Origin: Acidobacteriota bacterium
GTDB taxonomy: Bacteria > Acidobacteriota > Terriglobia > Terriglobales > Acidobacteriaceae
Direction: 5' to 3'
NCBI GenBank assembly: GCA_021779935.1
Contig: JAJXZT010000064.1
Coordinates: forward strand, 62,461 to 126,460
Length of the DNA stretch: 64,000 nt
The notes under the pieces were generated by a model, which was not told the origin of the DNA, did no database searches, and saw nothing but the letters and a program-made list of their open reading frames with translations. Made by a program: the position numbers and the translations under genes. Of the stretch, positions 1 to 8,988 are shown piece by piece; positions within the stretch are counted from its first letter, which is position 1, and the number at the start of each line of letters is the position of its first letter.

Positions 1-1
1 A

Positions 2-652
2 AATTGTCTTGGCGCGCTCGCCTGCGCCCGCCAGTTCCAGCCGCCGGACGATGTAGCCGTGCACGTCGTTTTCCTCCAGGGGAGGCAGATGGCAGCGCAG
101 CGCGACGCGCTGCTTCAACTGGCGCAGCTCCGGAGAATCGAGGAGATCGTCAAGTTCCGGCTGACCGACAAAGACGATCTGCAGGAGTTTGTATTCGGGA
201 GTCTCGATATTTGTCAGGAGACGGATTTCCTCCAGCAGTTCGGCGGTCAGCAAGTGCGCCTCGTCGACGAGGAGAGCCGCTGTCTGGCCATTGCGATTGA
301 CTTCGATCAGGAAATCCTGGAATTGCTGGAGCATGGCGCCGCGCGTACTCTGGGGGTTCTTGATGCCAAAAGTGGCGAGGACGAACTGCATGAAGTCGGT
401 GGGCGTGAGGTGAGGATTGAAGACATAGGCATACTGCACCTTGGCCCGCACCAGCGTGTTGATGAGGTAACGCACCAGCAGAGTCTTGCCGGTTCCGACT
501 TCACCGGTAAGGACAACAAATCCCTTGCGGCGCTGAATGCCGTACGCGAGATTGGCCAGCGCCTCGTTGTGCCGTGGCGTTGGGCAATAGAAGAAAGGGT
601 CCGGGCTGATGCCGAACGGAACTCGCGTCAATCCGTAGAAGTGTCTATACAT
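2..652 (-). CDS. ExeA/GspA-like AAA+ secretion-associated ATPase (N-terminal part; gene runs off the left edge)
   Basis: Absent from the ORF track because it has no stop in the window. My own minus-strand translation from the ATG at 652 gives MYRHFYGLTRVPFGISPDPFFYCPTPRHNEALANLAYGIQRRKGFVVLTGEVGTGKTLLVRYL..., with Walker A GEVGTGKT and Walker B LLVDEAH. The start lies 1 nt after the stop of the upstream gene. The plus-strand ORF 59..700 is its antisense shadow. Confidence 0.8.
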   Translation of the reverse strand, partial: MYRHFYGLTRVPFGISPDPFFYCPTPRHNEALANLAYGIQRRKGFVVLTGEVGTGKTLLVRYLINTLVRAKVQYAYVFNPHLTPTDFMQFVLATFGIKNPQSTRGAMLQQFQDFLIEVNRNGQTAALLVDEAHLLTAELLEEIRLLTNIETPEYKLLQIVFVGQPELDDLLDSPELRQLKQRVALRCHLPPLEENDVHGYIVRRLELAGAGERAKTI

Positions 653-653
653 G

Positions 654-2234
654 TTATGCCTTATAGAAAGTCACAAGGTTTCCCGCGACCATCAGGATAA
701 GCATGACGGTTGCGGTACACCATTCAAGAATGCGCCGGCGTGCCTGCTGCTTCTCCTGACGCTCGGTAGTGAGGTGGGGAATCCCGACCAGCACGCGAGC
801 GTGGAAAAGGTTGACATCGCGGAACAGACGCACGCGGTCGTCGATGAATTCGACGCCGGCGATACAGATGATTCCCAGCACCACTCCCGCAACCAGGCCG
901 AGCGCGCTATAGCGGACACGGTTAGGGGAAAACGGACGCTGCGGCAGGCTGGGAGGATCGATGATACGGAACTGCTGGCCCTGCTGACTCTTCTCCAGGT
1001 TGGTGGCCAACTGGGATTGCTGCTGCTTTTGCAGCAGCGAATCGTAATTCGCCTTCGACTGGTTGTAATCGCGCGTAAGGTCGGAGAGTTGCTGCTCGCG
1101 CATCGGCGTAACGTTCAGGCGTGACTGGTACGCCTTGAGCTGGCCTTCAAGCTGCTTCAACTCATTCTGCGAATCGCTGATTTCCTGATCGTTGGCCTTG
1201 ATCTGGCCTTCCAATTGAAGGATGGGAGACATGGCCTGCAATTCGGATGCACTATGCGGCGCGCTGTCGCTCTTGGTGCTGGAGCTTGAGAGATCCTTCT
1301 CGATCGCCTTTTTCATCTTTTCGGTTTGGGCGATCTGGGCCTTCAGTCGAATGACATCGGGGTGCTGCGGCGTGTACTTTGCCTCTGCATCGGTGAGCTG
1401 TGCGCGAAGTTTGGCAAGTTCATCCTGGATCGCGGGAAGAGTGTTTGTCCCGGAGTGGTCGCCGAACTTGACCGAGCGGTACTGGCTGAGGAGCGATTCG
1501 AGATAGAGCTTCTGTTCCTGTGCGTGGTTTAGATTCTGACTGACGTTGTGATAGCGATCCTGAAGGCCGTTGAGTATCTGAACATTACCTTCCATCTGGG
1601 AAGGCAGCTCGCCGAGATACTGTGTCTTGAAAGCCTGAATCTTGGCTTCCTGCTCGGTCAGGGCCGAACGTGCCACGTCGAGTTCGTTGGACAGGAACTC
1701 GGTGGTGCTTTCGGCCTGTTGCGTCTGCTGCTGAAGATTTTCGTCAATGAACAACGAGGTCAGCTGAGTGGCGACCTGCTGCGCGAGCTTGGGATTGGGC
1801 GCGTTGAAGGCGATGCGGAAGGCCGTGAGATCCTCGGACTTTCCCGGCGCGTCGACAAGTTCGATGGTGATGTCCTTGCGCATGGCGTCGACAGGACCAT
1901 CCGGGCCAAGTCGCTTCCTCAGGCTGTCATAGAGATGAAATTGTTCGATGATCCGCTGCAGACGAGTGCGGCTGAGAATCTGTTGGGTCATGCTCTGCAG
2001 GCGTTCCTGCAGATCGACGGAAACATTGGAAACCACGTATTGCTGCGGGACCTTTTGCTGTTCCACCAGGATCAGGGTTTCCGAGCGATAGACGGCCGGA
2101 GTGATCCAACTGGCGATCCAGGCAAGGGCCCAGCAGCCAAAGATTACGGCCAGCAGCCACCAGCGCCGGCGCTGGAGAATCTGCCAGTAATCCTGGATCG
2201 ATAATGTCGGGCCTTCCTGTTCTTCTTCGAACAT
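654..2234 (-). CDS. polysaccharide chain-length determinant / co-polymerase (Wzz/GumC family)
   Basis: 526 aa. N-terminal TM helix (WWLLAVIFGCWALAWIASWI) followed by a Wzz-like PAVYRSETLILVEQQ segment. Long Q/E/L-rich coiled-coil-like middle region and a C-terminal TM helix (LGLVAGVVLGIICIAGVEFI). No fused tyrosine-kinase domain. Tightly packed in the operon. Confidence 0.8.
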   Translation of the reverse strand: MFEEEQEGPTLSIQDYWQILQRRRWWLLAVIFGCWALAWIASWITPAVYRSETLILVEQQKVPQQYVVSNVSVDLQERLQSMTQQILSRTRLQRIIEQFHLYDSLRKRLGPDGPVDAMRKDITIELVDAPGKSEDLTAFRIAFNAPNPKLAQQVATQLTSLFIDENLQQQTQQAESTTEFLSNELDVARSALTEQEAKIQAFKTQYLGELPSQMEGNVQILNGLQDRYHNVSQNLNHAQEQKLYLESLLSQYRSVKFGDHSGTNTLPAIQDELAKLRAQLTDAEAKYTPQHPDVIRLKAQIAQTEKMKKAIEKDLSSSSTKSDSAPHSASELQAMSPILQLEGQIKANDQEISDSQNELKQLEGQLKAYQSRLNVTPMREQQLSDLTRDYNQSKANYDSLLQKQQQSQLATNLEKSQQGQQFRIIDPPSLPQRPFSPNRVRYSALGLVAGVVLGIICIAGVEFIDDRVRLFRDVNLFHARVLVGIPHLTTERQEKQQARRRILEWCTATVMLILMVAGNLVTFYKA

Positions 2235-2236
2235 AC

Positions 2237-3610
2237 TTACCTACCCAAGGGCTTGACGAGATAGTACTGGATTCCCATTTGATAAAGATTGTGATCAGTC
2301 GGACTGGTTGTGAGCCCGGTTCCAGTCTGATTGATATGGGCATACTCAAATTGGATTGAGAAATTTCTTGTCAGGATCCTCGAAAGCGACAAGCCTCCCC
2401 AATAGGAGCGAAACGCGCTCGACTGATTGGTAAGGCTGAGTCCTTCCTGGTCGGTGACGCGGAACGTTGTGTCCATGGTCCACCGGCGAGTAAGCCGGGT
2501 GTGCCAACCGACGGCGCCGTAGGTCATGCTAACGGTGCTCATGAGGCCTCCGCCGTCGCTAAGGCGGCGAACCGCCTGTACCTGGATGGCGTTGCGGTCG
2601 CCGGACCACTGGTATGCGAGTCCGGCCGTGGGCCGCCAACCCGAAGTGTCCGCCGAGGCCAGCAGGGTGAATGGACCGAACTGTATAGGGAAAACATTGT
2701 GGCTGCGTGAGAATTCGGCTCCGCCATACACCATGAGCGAAGTGTGACGGGAAAGTTGCCAGCTATCGAACAACAGCAGTCCATGGGACTGCGTGCGGGC
2801 GCTGGGCAGCGAGTGGATGTCCATGAAGGCGTATTGCAGTCCGACAGAATTGCGCCTGGTCATCTGTCGCGTAAAGAACATGGAAGCATTGATATCCCTG
2901 GCGCCGATGAGGGTTGAGAGAGCCGCAACGGAGTTGGGAGCAACGATGGGATTGTAGTCAAATCGCTGGTAGCCTCCGGTGAAGCCAAGGGAAGTCCGCG
3001 GTGTCATCACGTACGAAAGTTCCGCAGTCGAGACGAGCGACGTGCGCTTGGTGGAGGGCAGTACGCCGTCATAGTTAGGTCCAAAGTAGCCCCCAAGACT
3101 GGGCAATACGCTCACCTTTCCCACCGACTCGAAAGGATTCGTCGAAACGCTGTAATCCTGCCGGAGATGAATGATCATCCGGCTGAATGGACTGAACTGC
3201 AAATCAGCCGAAAGATTGTGCGTGTAGCTTGCCCCTGAAACGTTCTGTATGCTGCCGTCGATTCCGGGAGCGTAGCTCACCGTAATCCGCGTGTTGCCAT
3301 GAGTTCTCTGGTAGGCAATGCTGGGCTGAGCGAAGAACCGCTTGTCGCCGGTGAAGTGAGCGGGGGTGCTTCCCGTGGCGGCCACGGCGATGGCGTTGTC
3401 TTCATACATGGCTCCGCCGAGGAAACTGGCAACGATGACGTTCTTGTACTCGAGATCGCTCTGCGAGGTGAGGCCGGGTGTCTCGCTGCCAACGTGAGCC
3501 GGCATTGCAGGCTGCGAGGATTGCGGCGAAGACTGGGACGTGTCAGTCTGCGCCGCAACCGGAATGGCCGCAGCTAGCGCGAGTACAAAGATGAGAAGCC
3601 GTCGTTGCAT
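2237..3610 (-). CDS. outer-membrane beta-barrel protein of the EPS export locus
   Basis: 457 aa. Signal peptide MQRRLLIFVLALAAAIPVAAQ. Alternating hydrophobic/aromatic beta-strand pattern throughout (e.g. SIQFEYAHI, YQMGIQYYL). Located 2 nt upstream of the Wzz-like gene. Confidence 0.6.
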   Translation of the reverse strand: MQRRLLIFVLALAAAIPVAAQTDTSQSSPQSSQPAMPAHVGSETPGLTSQSDLEYKNVIVASFLGGAMYEDNAIAVAATGSTPAHFTGDKRFFAQPSIAYQRTHGNTRITVSYAPGIDGSIQNVSGASYTHNLSADLQFSPFSRMIIHLRQDYSVSTNPFESVGKVSVLPSLGGYFGPNYDGVLPSTKRTSLVSTAELSYVMTPRTSLGFTGGYQRFDYNPIVAPNSVAALSTLIGARDINASMFFTRQMTRRNSVGLQYAFMDIHSLPSARTQSHGLLLFDSWQLSRHTSLMVYGGAEFSRSHNVFPIQFGPFTLLASADTSGWRPTAGLAYQWSGDRNAIQVQAVRRLSDGGGLMSTVSMTYGAVGWHTRLTRRWTMDTTFRVTDQEGLSLTNQSSAFRSYWGGLSLSRILTRNFSIQFEYAHINQTGTGLTTSPTDHNLYQMGIQYYLVKPLGR

Positions 3611-3622
3611 CCTGCCTGGTCC

Positions 3623-4303
3623 TTACGGGATGACAATCGTGTCCCGTGGCTGAAGCGGAAAATTCTTGGAGGCATCGCCATTCAGCGCGGCCCGGTAGTT
3701 GAATTCAATCCTCGTTGTGGTTCCGTTCTTGTTCACCCTCAATACATAGATTTTCTTCACATTTGCGAAATCCTTGAATCCCCCAGCAAGGGCAAGACCT
3801 TCGAGTACACTAAGCTGCTGTCCAAGGGGGTATGCGCCGGGTTTCATGACTTCCCCGACGATGCTGAAATACTTGCTGCGCGCATCCTGCACAATGACAG
3901 TGACTTCCGGGCGATCCAAGTACCTTTTCAGTTGCTCTGTAATCGCGTCCTGCAATTGATCTGGAGTAAGGCCTGCGGCCTGAATATCCCCAACCAGGGG
4001 TAAAGAAATTTTTCCATCAAGGCGGACAGAAACAGTGCGGGAGATTTCGGGCTCGTGCCAGACGTCAATTGCCAGCACGTCGCTCTCGCCGATGGAATAA
4101 GTACCGGGCTTCTCGGGAGTGGGATTGTCCCCGGAGTTGGCCGATTGGGACGGGGCCTTGGCCTCTGGAGCTTTGTCAGGCGCAGCCGGAACGCTCTGTT
4201 TGGCAGTGTCCTTTTGTTTCGATGATTGCGGAGTCTTGTCCTTGCCGACGGCAAAAACAGCCGTAAGAATCAACACTCCAAGAAGCAACCGGCGCATAAT
4301 CAT
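3623..4303 (-). CDS. periplasmic polysaccharide export protein (Wza/Poly_export + SLBB type)
   Basis: 226 aa with a signal peptide. Poly_export-like YSIGESDVLAIDVW...RLDGKISLPLVGDIQAAGLTPDQLQDAI, then an SLBB-like half YFSIVGEVMKPGAYPL...LSVLEGLALAGG. Confidence 0.85.
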   Translation of the reverse strand: MIMRRLLLGVLILTAVFAVGKDKTPQSSKQKDTAKQSVPAAPDKAPEAKAPSQSANSGDNPTPEKPGTYSIGESDVLAIDVWHEPEISRTVSVRLDGKISLPLVGDIQAAGLTPDQLQDAITEQLKRYLDRPEVTVIVQDARSKYFSIVGEVMKPGAYPLGQQLSVLEGLALAGGFKDFANVKKIYVLRVNKNGTTTRIEFNYRAALNGDASKNFPLQPRDTIVIP

Positions 4304-4312
4304 TCTCCTTTG

Positions 4313-5389
4313 TTACCGTTGCGGGTCCAGGTCGATTAGATTCTGGCCGGACCCGTTGCTGGCGTGGTTGTTGCCGTCCAAGCCAGCCTTCTTCATCTTG
4401 TAAAGCAATGCCCGGTAGCTGATCTTCAAATTCCGGGCAGCCTGTTTTCTGTTCCACTTGGTGGCCTGGAGAGCGCTGAGAATAATCTTGTTTTCCAGGT
4501 TCTTGGTGGCGTTCCTGGTGACCTGCTTGAGCGATATGGACTTGCCTTCCACAAAGTTGGGTTCGGCGCGTTGAGACGTGCGCGTGATCATTTCGCTTGT
4601 GATGACGTCTTCCGTACCAAAAATCACATAGCGCTTGCAGAGATTTTCAAGTTCGCGGATGTTGCCCGGCCACTGATGAGCCTGTAGCAGGGCGCGCGTA
4701 CCGGGTGAAAGCGGTCCTGCATTTCGCTGGTAGCGCTGGCTGTAGACCCTGATGAGATAGTCGGCTATCTGGGGAATGTCCGCCACGCGCTGGCGCAACG
4801 CGGGAAGGCGAAGCACAACGCCGGTGATGCGGTAATAGAGATCCTGACGAAAACGTCCGGCTGCCACCTCGCGGTCAAGGACGCGGTTGGTTGCACACAC
4901 AACCCGAATATCTATTCTCTTTCCGTCGCGGGCGTTGACCGGACAGAACTGGCCGTCCTGCAGTAATTCGAGCAACTTGGATTGCAGGCTGACGTCGAGC
5001 TCGGAAATCTCATCAAGGAAGAGGGTTCCGCAATCGGCCATTTCAGCGCGCCCCGGTATCGCTCCAATCGTGCCGGCAGAAGTTGCCTCCCCATATCCAA
5101 AAAGCTCGCTCTGTACGAGGGTTCCGGAAGCAGAGGGACAACTGACCTTGACGAATGGGCCGGGAGCCCAATGCGATCGCTGGTGAATGAATTTCGCGAT
5201 GATTTCCTTGCCAGTACCGCTCTCGCCCTCAATGAGGACAGGAATATTCGTCTCGGCAATCTTCAACAGATTGTCGCGAATCGCTTCCATCTGAAGCGTT
5301 GATCCAAAGATCACCGCGTCGGGAGGAAGCCCCGCCTCGGAACTGGGAGTCGCTAAACCCGTGACACTCATCAGAGCAAAAGATTTCAA
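4313..5389 (-). CDS. AAA+ enhancer-binding-protein-family transcriptional regulator with Fis-type HTH, lacking an N-terminal input domain
   Basis: 358 aa. Walker A GESGTGKE, Walker B TLFLDEI, GRFRQDLYYRI, WPGNIRELEN. C-terminal HTH ALQATKWNRKQAARNLKISYRALLYKMKK. Only about 27 aa precede the AAA+ core, and the GAFTGA position reads EATSAG. Confidence 0.8.
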   Translation of the reverse strand: MKSFALMSVTGLATPSSEAGLPPDAVIFGSTLQMEAIRDNLLKIAETNIPVLIEGESGTGKEIIAKFIHQRSHWAPGPFVKVSCPSASGTLVQSELFGYGEATSAGTIGAIPGRAEMADCGTLFLDEISELDVSLQSKLLELLQDGQFCPVNARDGKRIDIRVVCATNRVLDREVAAGRFRQDLYYRITGVVLRLPALRQRVADIPQIADYLIRVYSQRYQRNAGPLSPGTRALLQAHQWPGNIRELENLCKRYVIFGTEDVITSEMITRTSQRAEPNFVEGKSISLKQVTRNATKNLENKIILSALQATKWNRKQAARNLKISYRALLYKMKKAGLDGNNHASNGSGQNLIDLDPQR

Positions 5390-5917
5390 TCAGTTTGTGA
5401 AAGCGTTCATTTAAGTCGGGTACATTTTCCCGATCTATTGTGTATGGGGGTAAATCTTTGAAAACAAGTATAGTAGAGAACCCTCAGGACGGATGTAATA
5501 TTTCTCACTTGTAACAAAAAGTGGAAACTTTTTGCACACTCTGGAACGGCGCTCCAAATCGGAACAGTCGCATAGCCCGAATCGATGCCGACTTGCCGGT
5601 CACATCGTTCCGAAGAAGGTCATTTGTCGAGGCAGGAGTCGAACCAAACAGGCATGAACGGAAATTGTCTGGAGACAATTTCTTCTTATTATCCCCTTAA
5701 CCCATTTCATTACATTCAGATATGGCAATCTGAGTGAATGGAGCAAGTGCGCGCCGCCTGGCGCGGCCATTCGTTTGGTAACCGGCGTAGTCGTTTCCAG
5801 TAATAGCCATGTCCTGGATGGACCGTTACCAAAGAAACTGAATTGGGTGACCATAACTGAGAGATGATCCGCTTCAGAAGATCGGTTTGCACATGCTGAC
5901 GGCAGGGGGGGCACCGA

Positions 5918-7216
5918 TCAGGCTTGTGGAGCGTCGTCACGAATAGCGGGTACGGCTTCCAGCGCCGCTCCGCGAAAATACCTGAGCAGCACGCAGATGA
6001 GCAGTACTTCCACGCCGGCGGTGGCGATCAGTCCGGCGACATCGCCAAACCAGCCTTGCAGTGCAACCGGCGTCCAGCTAGCTACCAGCACAAGGACGGC
6101 GAGTTCGGTCCAGCGGCGGGCGCTGAGCGGCAGGGAAGAGCACATGATGGGAATGGCAAGGAAAAATGCCGGCCACGCGTAAAGAATGTAGCGATAAATG
6201 ACCGTGCCGAGCAACGGGGCGACGGCGAAATTTGCCAGTCCATAGAACAGCACGACCTTGATCCAGAGATCGTTCCTATGGCGGAAGAGGTGCTTGCGGA
6301 AGATCCACCCGAAGATCGGCAGGAGTCCGAAGCTGGCGAAGAGCACGACGAATGTGTTGACCGGACGGAGCAGACTGAAGTCGCAGTAGCCGACGGCGGT
6401 GATGGCTCCGAGGTGAAAATGTCCCGGGAAAGTGTAGGTCCAGCGCGGAGTCTCGGTGAGCTCGGTTGTGTTGGTCCAGAGCAGCACGCCGAAGATGTTA
6501 TAGATGACGGCGTAGACAACCTTGAGCACGTAAAGAACGGGCATCGGAAGGTGGTGGATGTTGCCGGCGTGGCGTCCGATGAGGCGCGCCGCGGTAAACC
6601 ACGCGGCAAAGCCGGTGAGGAACGTGGCGGCGCAGAGCCAGTGCCTGCCTGCAAGCCAAGCGAGCACGGCAACCACAACCACCAGGAGAGCCGTGGATTC
6701 GCGCGTGAGATATAGAAGATAGATAAGTGGAAGACTAAGCCACGGAGACTTGCGAAAGACGAGGAAGAAGATCATCAGAAGCAAGCAGTGGAACAGGTCG
6801 TGGGAGTAGTAATTCCGATAGGCCTCCAGCGTCAGCGGGTTGACGAGGATGGCAAATAACAGCAGGAGTCGCACGCGTTGCTGCTGGAGTTCCACTCCCA
6901 GTAGCGTGACGAAGCCGAGCAGGCACGCGCAGGAGACGAGCCAGAACGCTTTCGGAATATCGGTTCCGGTGACGTGCGAAACGGCGCGAACCACCAGCGG
7001 GTGGACGATGCGGGCAAGATAGAAGAATCGCACCTGCTGAGTATTGCCACTCGCAAGATTGACGTAATCGTTATCTTCCCAGGTGGGAGCATGGAACTTG
7101 TAAGGGAAGAGCGCGATGACGATCGCAGCCAAAAGCAGGCATGCGCCGATTACGAACCAGCGCTGTGCTGCTGGTCGCTCTGCAACGGAGACGGTGGAAC
7201 CGGGTTGATCGTGCAT
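5918..7216 (-). CDS. polytopic integral membrane protein, function unknown
   Basis: 432 aa with at least 10 hydrophobic helices. I recognise no catalytic motif, and there is no exosortase-like CSG motif. Confidence 0.55.
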   Translation of the reverse strand: MHDQPGSTVSVAERPAAQRWFVIGACLLLAAIVIALFPYKFHAPTWEDNDYVNLASGNTQQVRFFYLARIVHPLVVRAVSHVTGTDIPKAFWLVSCACLLGFVTLLGVELQQQRVRLLLLFAILVNPLTLEAYRNYYSHDLFHCLLLMIFFLVFRKSPWLSLPLIYLLYLTRESTALLVVVVAVLAWLAGRHWLCAATFLTGFAAWFTAARLIGRHAGNIHHLPMPVLYVLKVVYAVIYNIFGVLLWTNTTELTETPRWTYTFPGHFHLGAITAVGYCDFSLLRPVNTFVVLFASFGLLPIFGWIFRKHLFRHRNDLWIKVVLFYGLANFAVAPLLGTVIYRYILYAWPAFFLAIPIMCSSLPLSARRWTELAVLVLVASWTPVALQGWFGDVAGLIATAGVEVLLICVLLRYFRGAALEAVPAIRDDAPQA

Positions 7217-7436
7217 TGGAAGCGGGAGACCCCATCACACTGAAACGATTGCAGCGCACACATATCCGGCGAATGACAGAATCCGCGAGAAACCCAGAAT
7301 AGTAAATCGAAAACGTGACAAATCGCCGGTGCGCTTTTTCGGAAGTATAGTGTCAGCCCCCGGAAAGCACAAAGAGTTTCCATTGGTGCCAGCGTCACGA
7401 TCGGGTAAATAGGAACGGTTGAAGGAGAAGTGTTAC

Positions 7437-7466
7437 GTGGGACTGGCGGGCGCCAATCCCACTTTT
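7437..7466. terminator. GC-rich hairpin just downstream of the cytochrome b gene
   Basis: GTGGGACTGGCG/CGCCAATCCCAC stem with one mismatch and a 4-nt loop. The TTTT run is on the plus-strand side and AAAA precedes it on the minus strand, so the orientation is atypical for the minus-strand operon. Confidence 0.35.
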
Positions 7467-7485
7467 CCGCAGAATACAAAGCCGG

Positions 7486-8973
7486 TCACTGAAGACTGTC
7501 GAGGTAGGCCCGGATGGCTTTGGTTTCATCCGCACTAAACGTGAAGTGCGGCATGTGACCTGCTTCCATCTTGGGCAACGGGTGCAGGAACAGATCGTGG
7601 AACTGATCCTCTGAAAACTGATTGCCGATTCCGATCAACTTCGGTGCGATAGCAGTTCCGACCGCGCCGTCGCCGTGGCAGATGTTGCACTGGTGAGATT
7701 CGAATATCTTTTTTCCTTCAGCCACGGCTGGGTCGGTAGCTGACGCTGCCGCACCCGCGGCGGCGAGTTGTGACCCCGAGGCCATTTGTGGCTTGAAAGG
7801 TGCCTTCATGTACTCTGTTTCCGCCTGACTTTGCTGCGCCAATTGTTGCGCAACATCCTTGTCGTGGGAATCCTGGTAATAGCTGTAGGCTCCCAGGGTG
7901 ATCAGGGCGATGAAGACGAGCGAAAAGATTCCGACTGCAAGGGGTCGCCGCCAGGGTCGCCGTTCCAGGCGGCGATCATAGAAGGGAAGGCCCACAAAGA
8001 GGGCAACGATGATGCCGGGGACGACGACAATCCGAAGGAATTCCCCTTTGCCTTGCCAGATCTTGAGCCATTCAAACAGCGGGCGATAGTACCACTCCGG
8101 GCGCGGCAGAAAATGCGTGTCCGCAGGGTTTGCCAGAGGTCCGAGCGTGGCCGGAATAAAATACGCCGCAAAACCCAGGGCCACGACCAGCAACAGCGCA
8201 AATGCCAGATCCATCACCAATTGGCGTGGATAGAAGCTTTCGGTTCGCTGTTGCGGATGGACAGGATTCTCGCTGATGGGGCCAGCTGCTCCAGCCTTGC
8301 GGAACAGGTAAATGTGAACCGCCACAAAGAGGAAGATCAGCGCCGGAATGTAGAACACGTGCATGACAAAGAAACGCGAGAGCGTCAACGTGCCGATCTG
8401 GTTTCCGCCGCGCATCAGTTGTTTGGCGAATGTGCCGACAATCGGGACCTCGCTTGCAACGTTGGTCCCGACGGCAGTTGCAAAGTACGCTTTCTGGTCC
8501 CAAGGCAGCAGGTAGCCGGTAAAGGCCATGCCCATGACAAGGGCAAACAGAACAGTCCCTGAGACCCAAAGCAGTTCGCGCCTTCCCTTATAAGAGCCAA
8601 AGAGAAAAGTCTGGCTCAGGTGCAAGAGCACGATGATCACCATCGCGCTGGCACCATAAACGTGAAGGCTGCGAAGGAAAGCTCCGGCAGCAACTACCTT
8701 GGTGATGTAGGCAACCGTGACGTGAGCGTGATCGGCAGAAGGGACATAGTAAAGCGCAAGAAATATCCCGGTAATGAACTGCGAAAGGAAAATGAAGAGC
8801 AATCCAGACCCAAAGATGTAGGCATAACGCGCGCCACCTGGAATGGGTTCATCGAGCGCTTCATGCAGCAGCTTATTCAGGCCCGTGCGTTGCTCGAACC
8901 AATGGAATAGCGAGGCGCGTTTAGTCTTGCTCGCAGTTTGGCGACCGTTATCTGGCGGTGGTTGTGTCGACAT
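7486..8973 (-). CDS. cytochrome b (bc/b6f-type) fused to a C-terminal mono-haem cytochrome c domain
   Basis: 495 aa. The cytochrome b N-terminal core is recognisable (GGARYAYIFGSGLLFIFLSQFITGIFLALYYVPS..., SLHVYGASAMV) with multiple TM helices. The C-terminal soluble part carries CNICHGDG. The gene starts 15 nt after the Rieske gene ends. Confidence 0.85.
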   Translation of the reverse strand: MSTQPPPDNGRQTASKTKRASLFHWFEQRTGLNKLLHEALDEPIPGGARYAYIFGSGLLFIFLSQFITGIFLALYYVPSADHAHVTVAYITKVVAAGAFLRSLHVYGASAMVIIVLLHLSQTFLFGSYKGRRELLWVSGTVLFALVMGMAFTGYLLPWDQKAYFATAVGTNVASEVPIVGTFAKQLMRGGNQIGTLTLSRFFVMHVFYIPALIFLFVAVHIYLFRKAGAAGPISENPVHPQQRTESFYPRQLVMDLAFALLLVVALGFAAYFIPATLGPLANPADTHFLPRPEWYYRPLFEWLKIWQGKGEFLRIVVVPGIIVALFVGLPFYDRRLERRPWRRPLAVGIFSLVFIALITLGAYSYYQDSHDKDVAQQLAQQSQAETEYMKAPFKPQMASGSQLAAAGAAASATDPAVAEGKKIFESHQCNICHGDGAVGTAIAPKLIGIGNQFSEDQFHDLFLHPLPKMEAGHMPHFTFSADETKAIRAYLDSLQ

Positions 8974-8988
8974 AAGCTACGATTCCCT

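Noticed and set aside
59-700. 213-aa plus-strand ORF at the left edge
   Set aside because: It is the antisense shadow of the ExeA-like ATPase. The minus-strand frame carries clean Walker A and B motifs, whereas this frame has no motif and a skewed composition.
5522-5536. Sigma-54-like element TGGAAACTTTTTGCA
   Set aside because: The GG-to-GC spacing is one nt short of the -24/-12 consensus. It also points rightwards, away from the EPS operon, towards a region with no plus-strand gene.
5635-5645. GGAGTCGAACC (reverse complement of the tRNA T-arm string GGTTCGACTCC), a possible tRNA remnant or att site
   Set aside because: The flanking sequence does not form a T-stem, acceptor stem or anticodon arm. 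An 11-mer can occur by chance in 128 kb of two-strand sequence, and no integrase or island features are nearby.
5600-5940. Track ORFs 5600..5914 (-) and 5716..5940 (-) in the long EPS leader
   Set aside because: They have no ribosome-binding site, no motif and a poor coding-like composition. One of them overlaps the 3' end of the 432-aa membrane protein gene.
7437-7535. 33-codon GTG ORF starting in the hairpin downstream of cytochrome b
   Set aside because: It runs antisense into the end of the cytochrome b gene and has no supporting motif. The apparent Shine-Dalgarno sequence is more simply part of the spacer.
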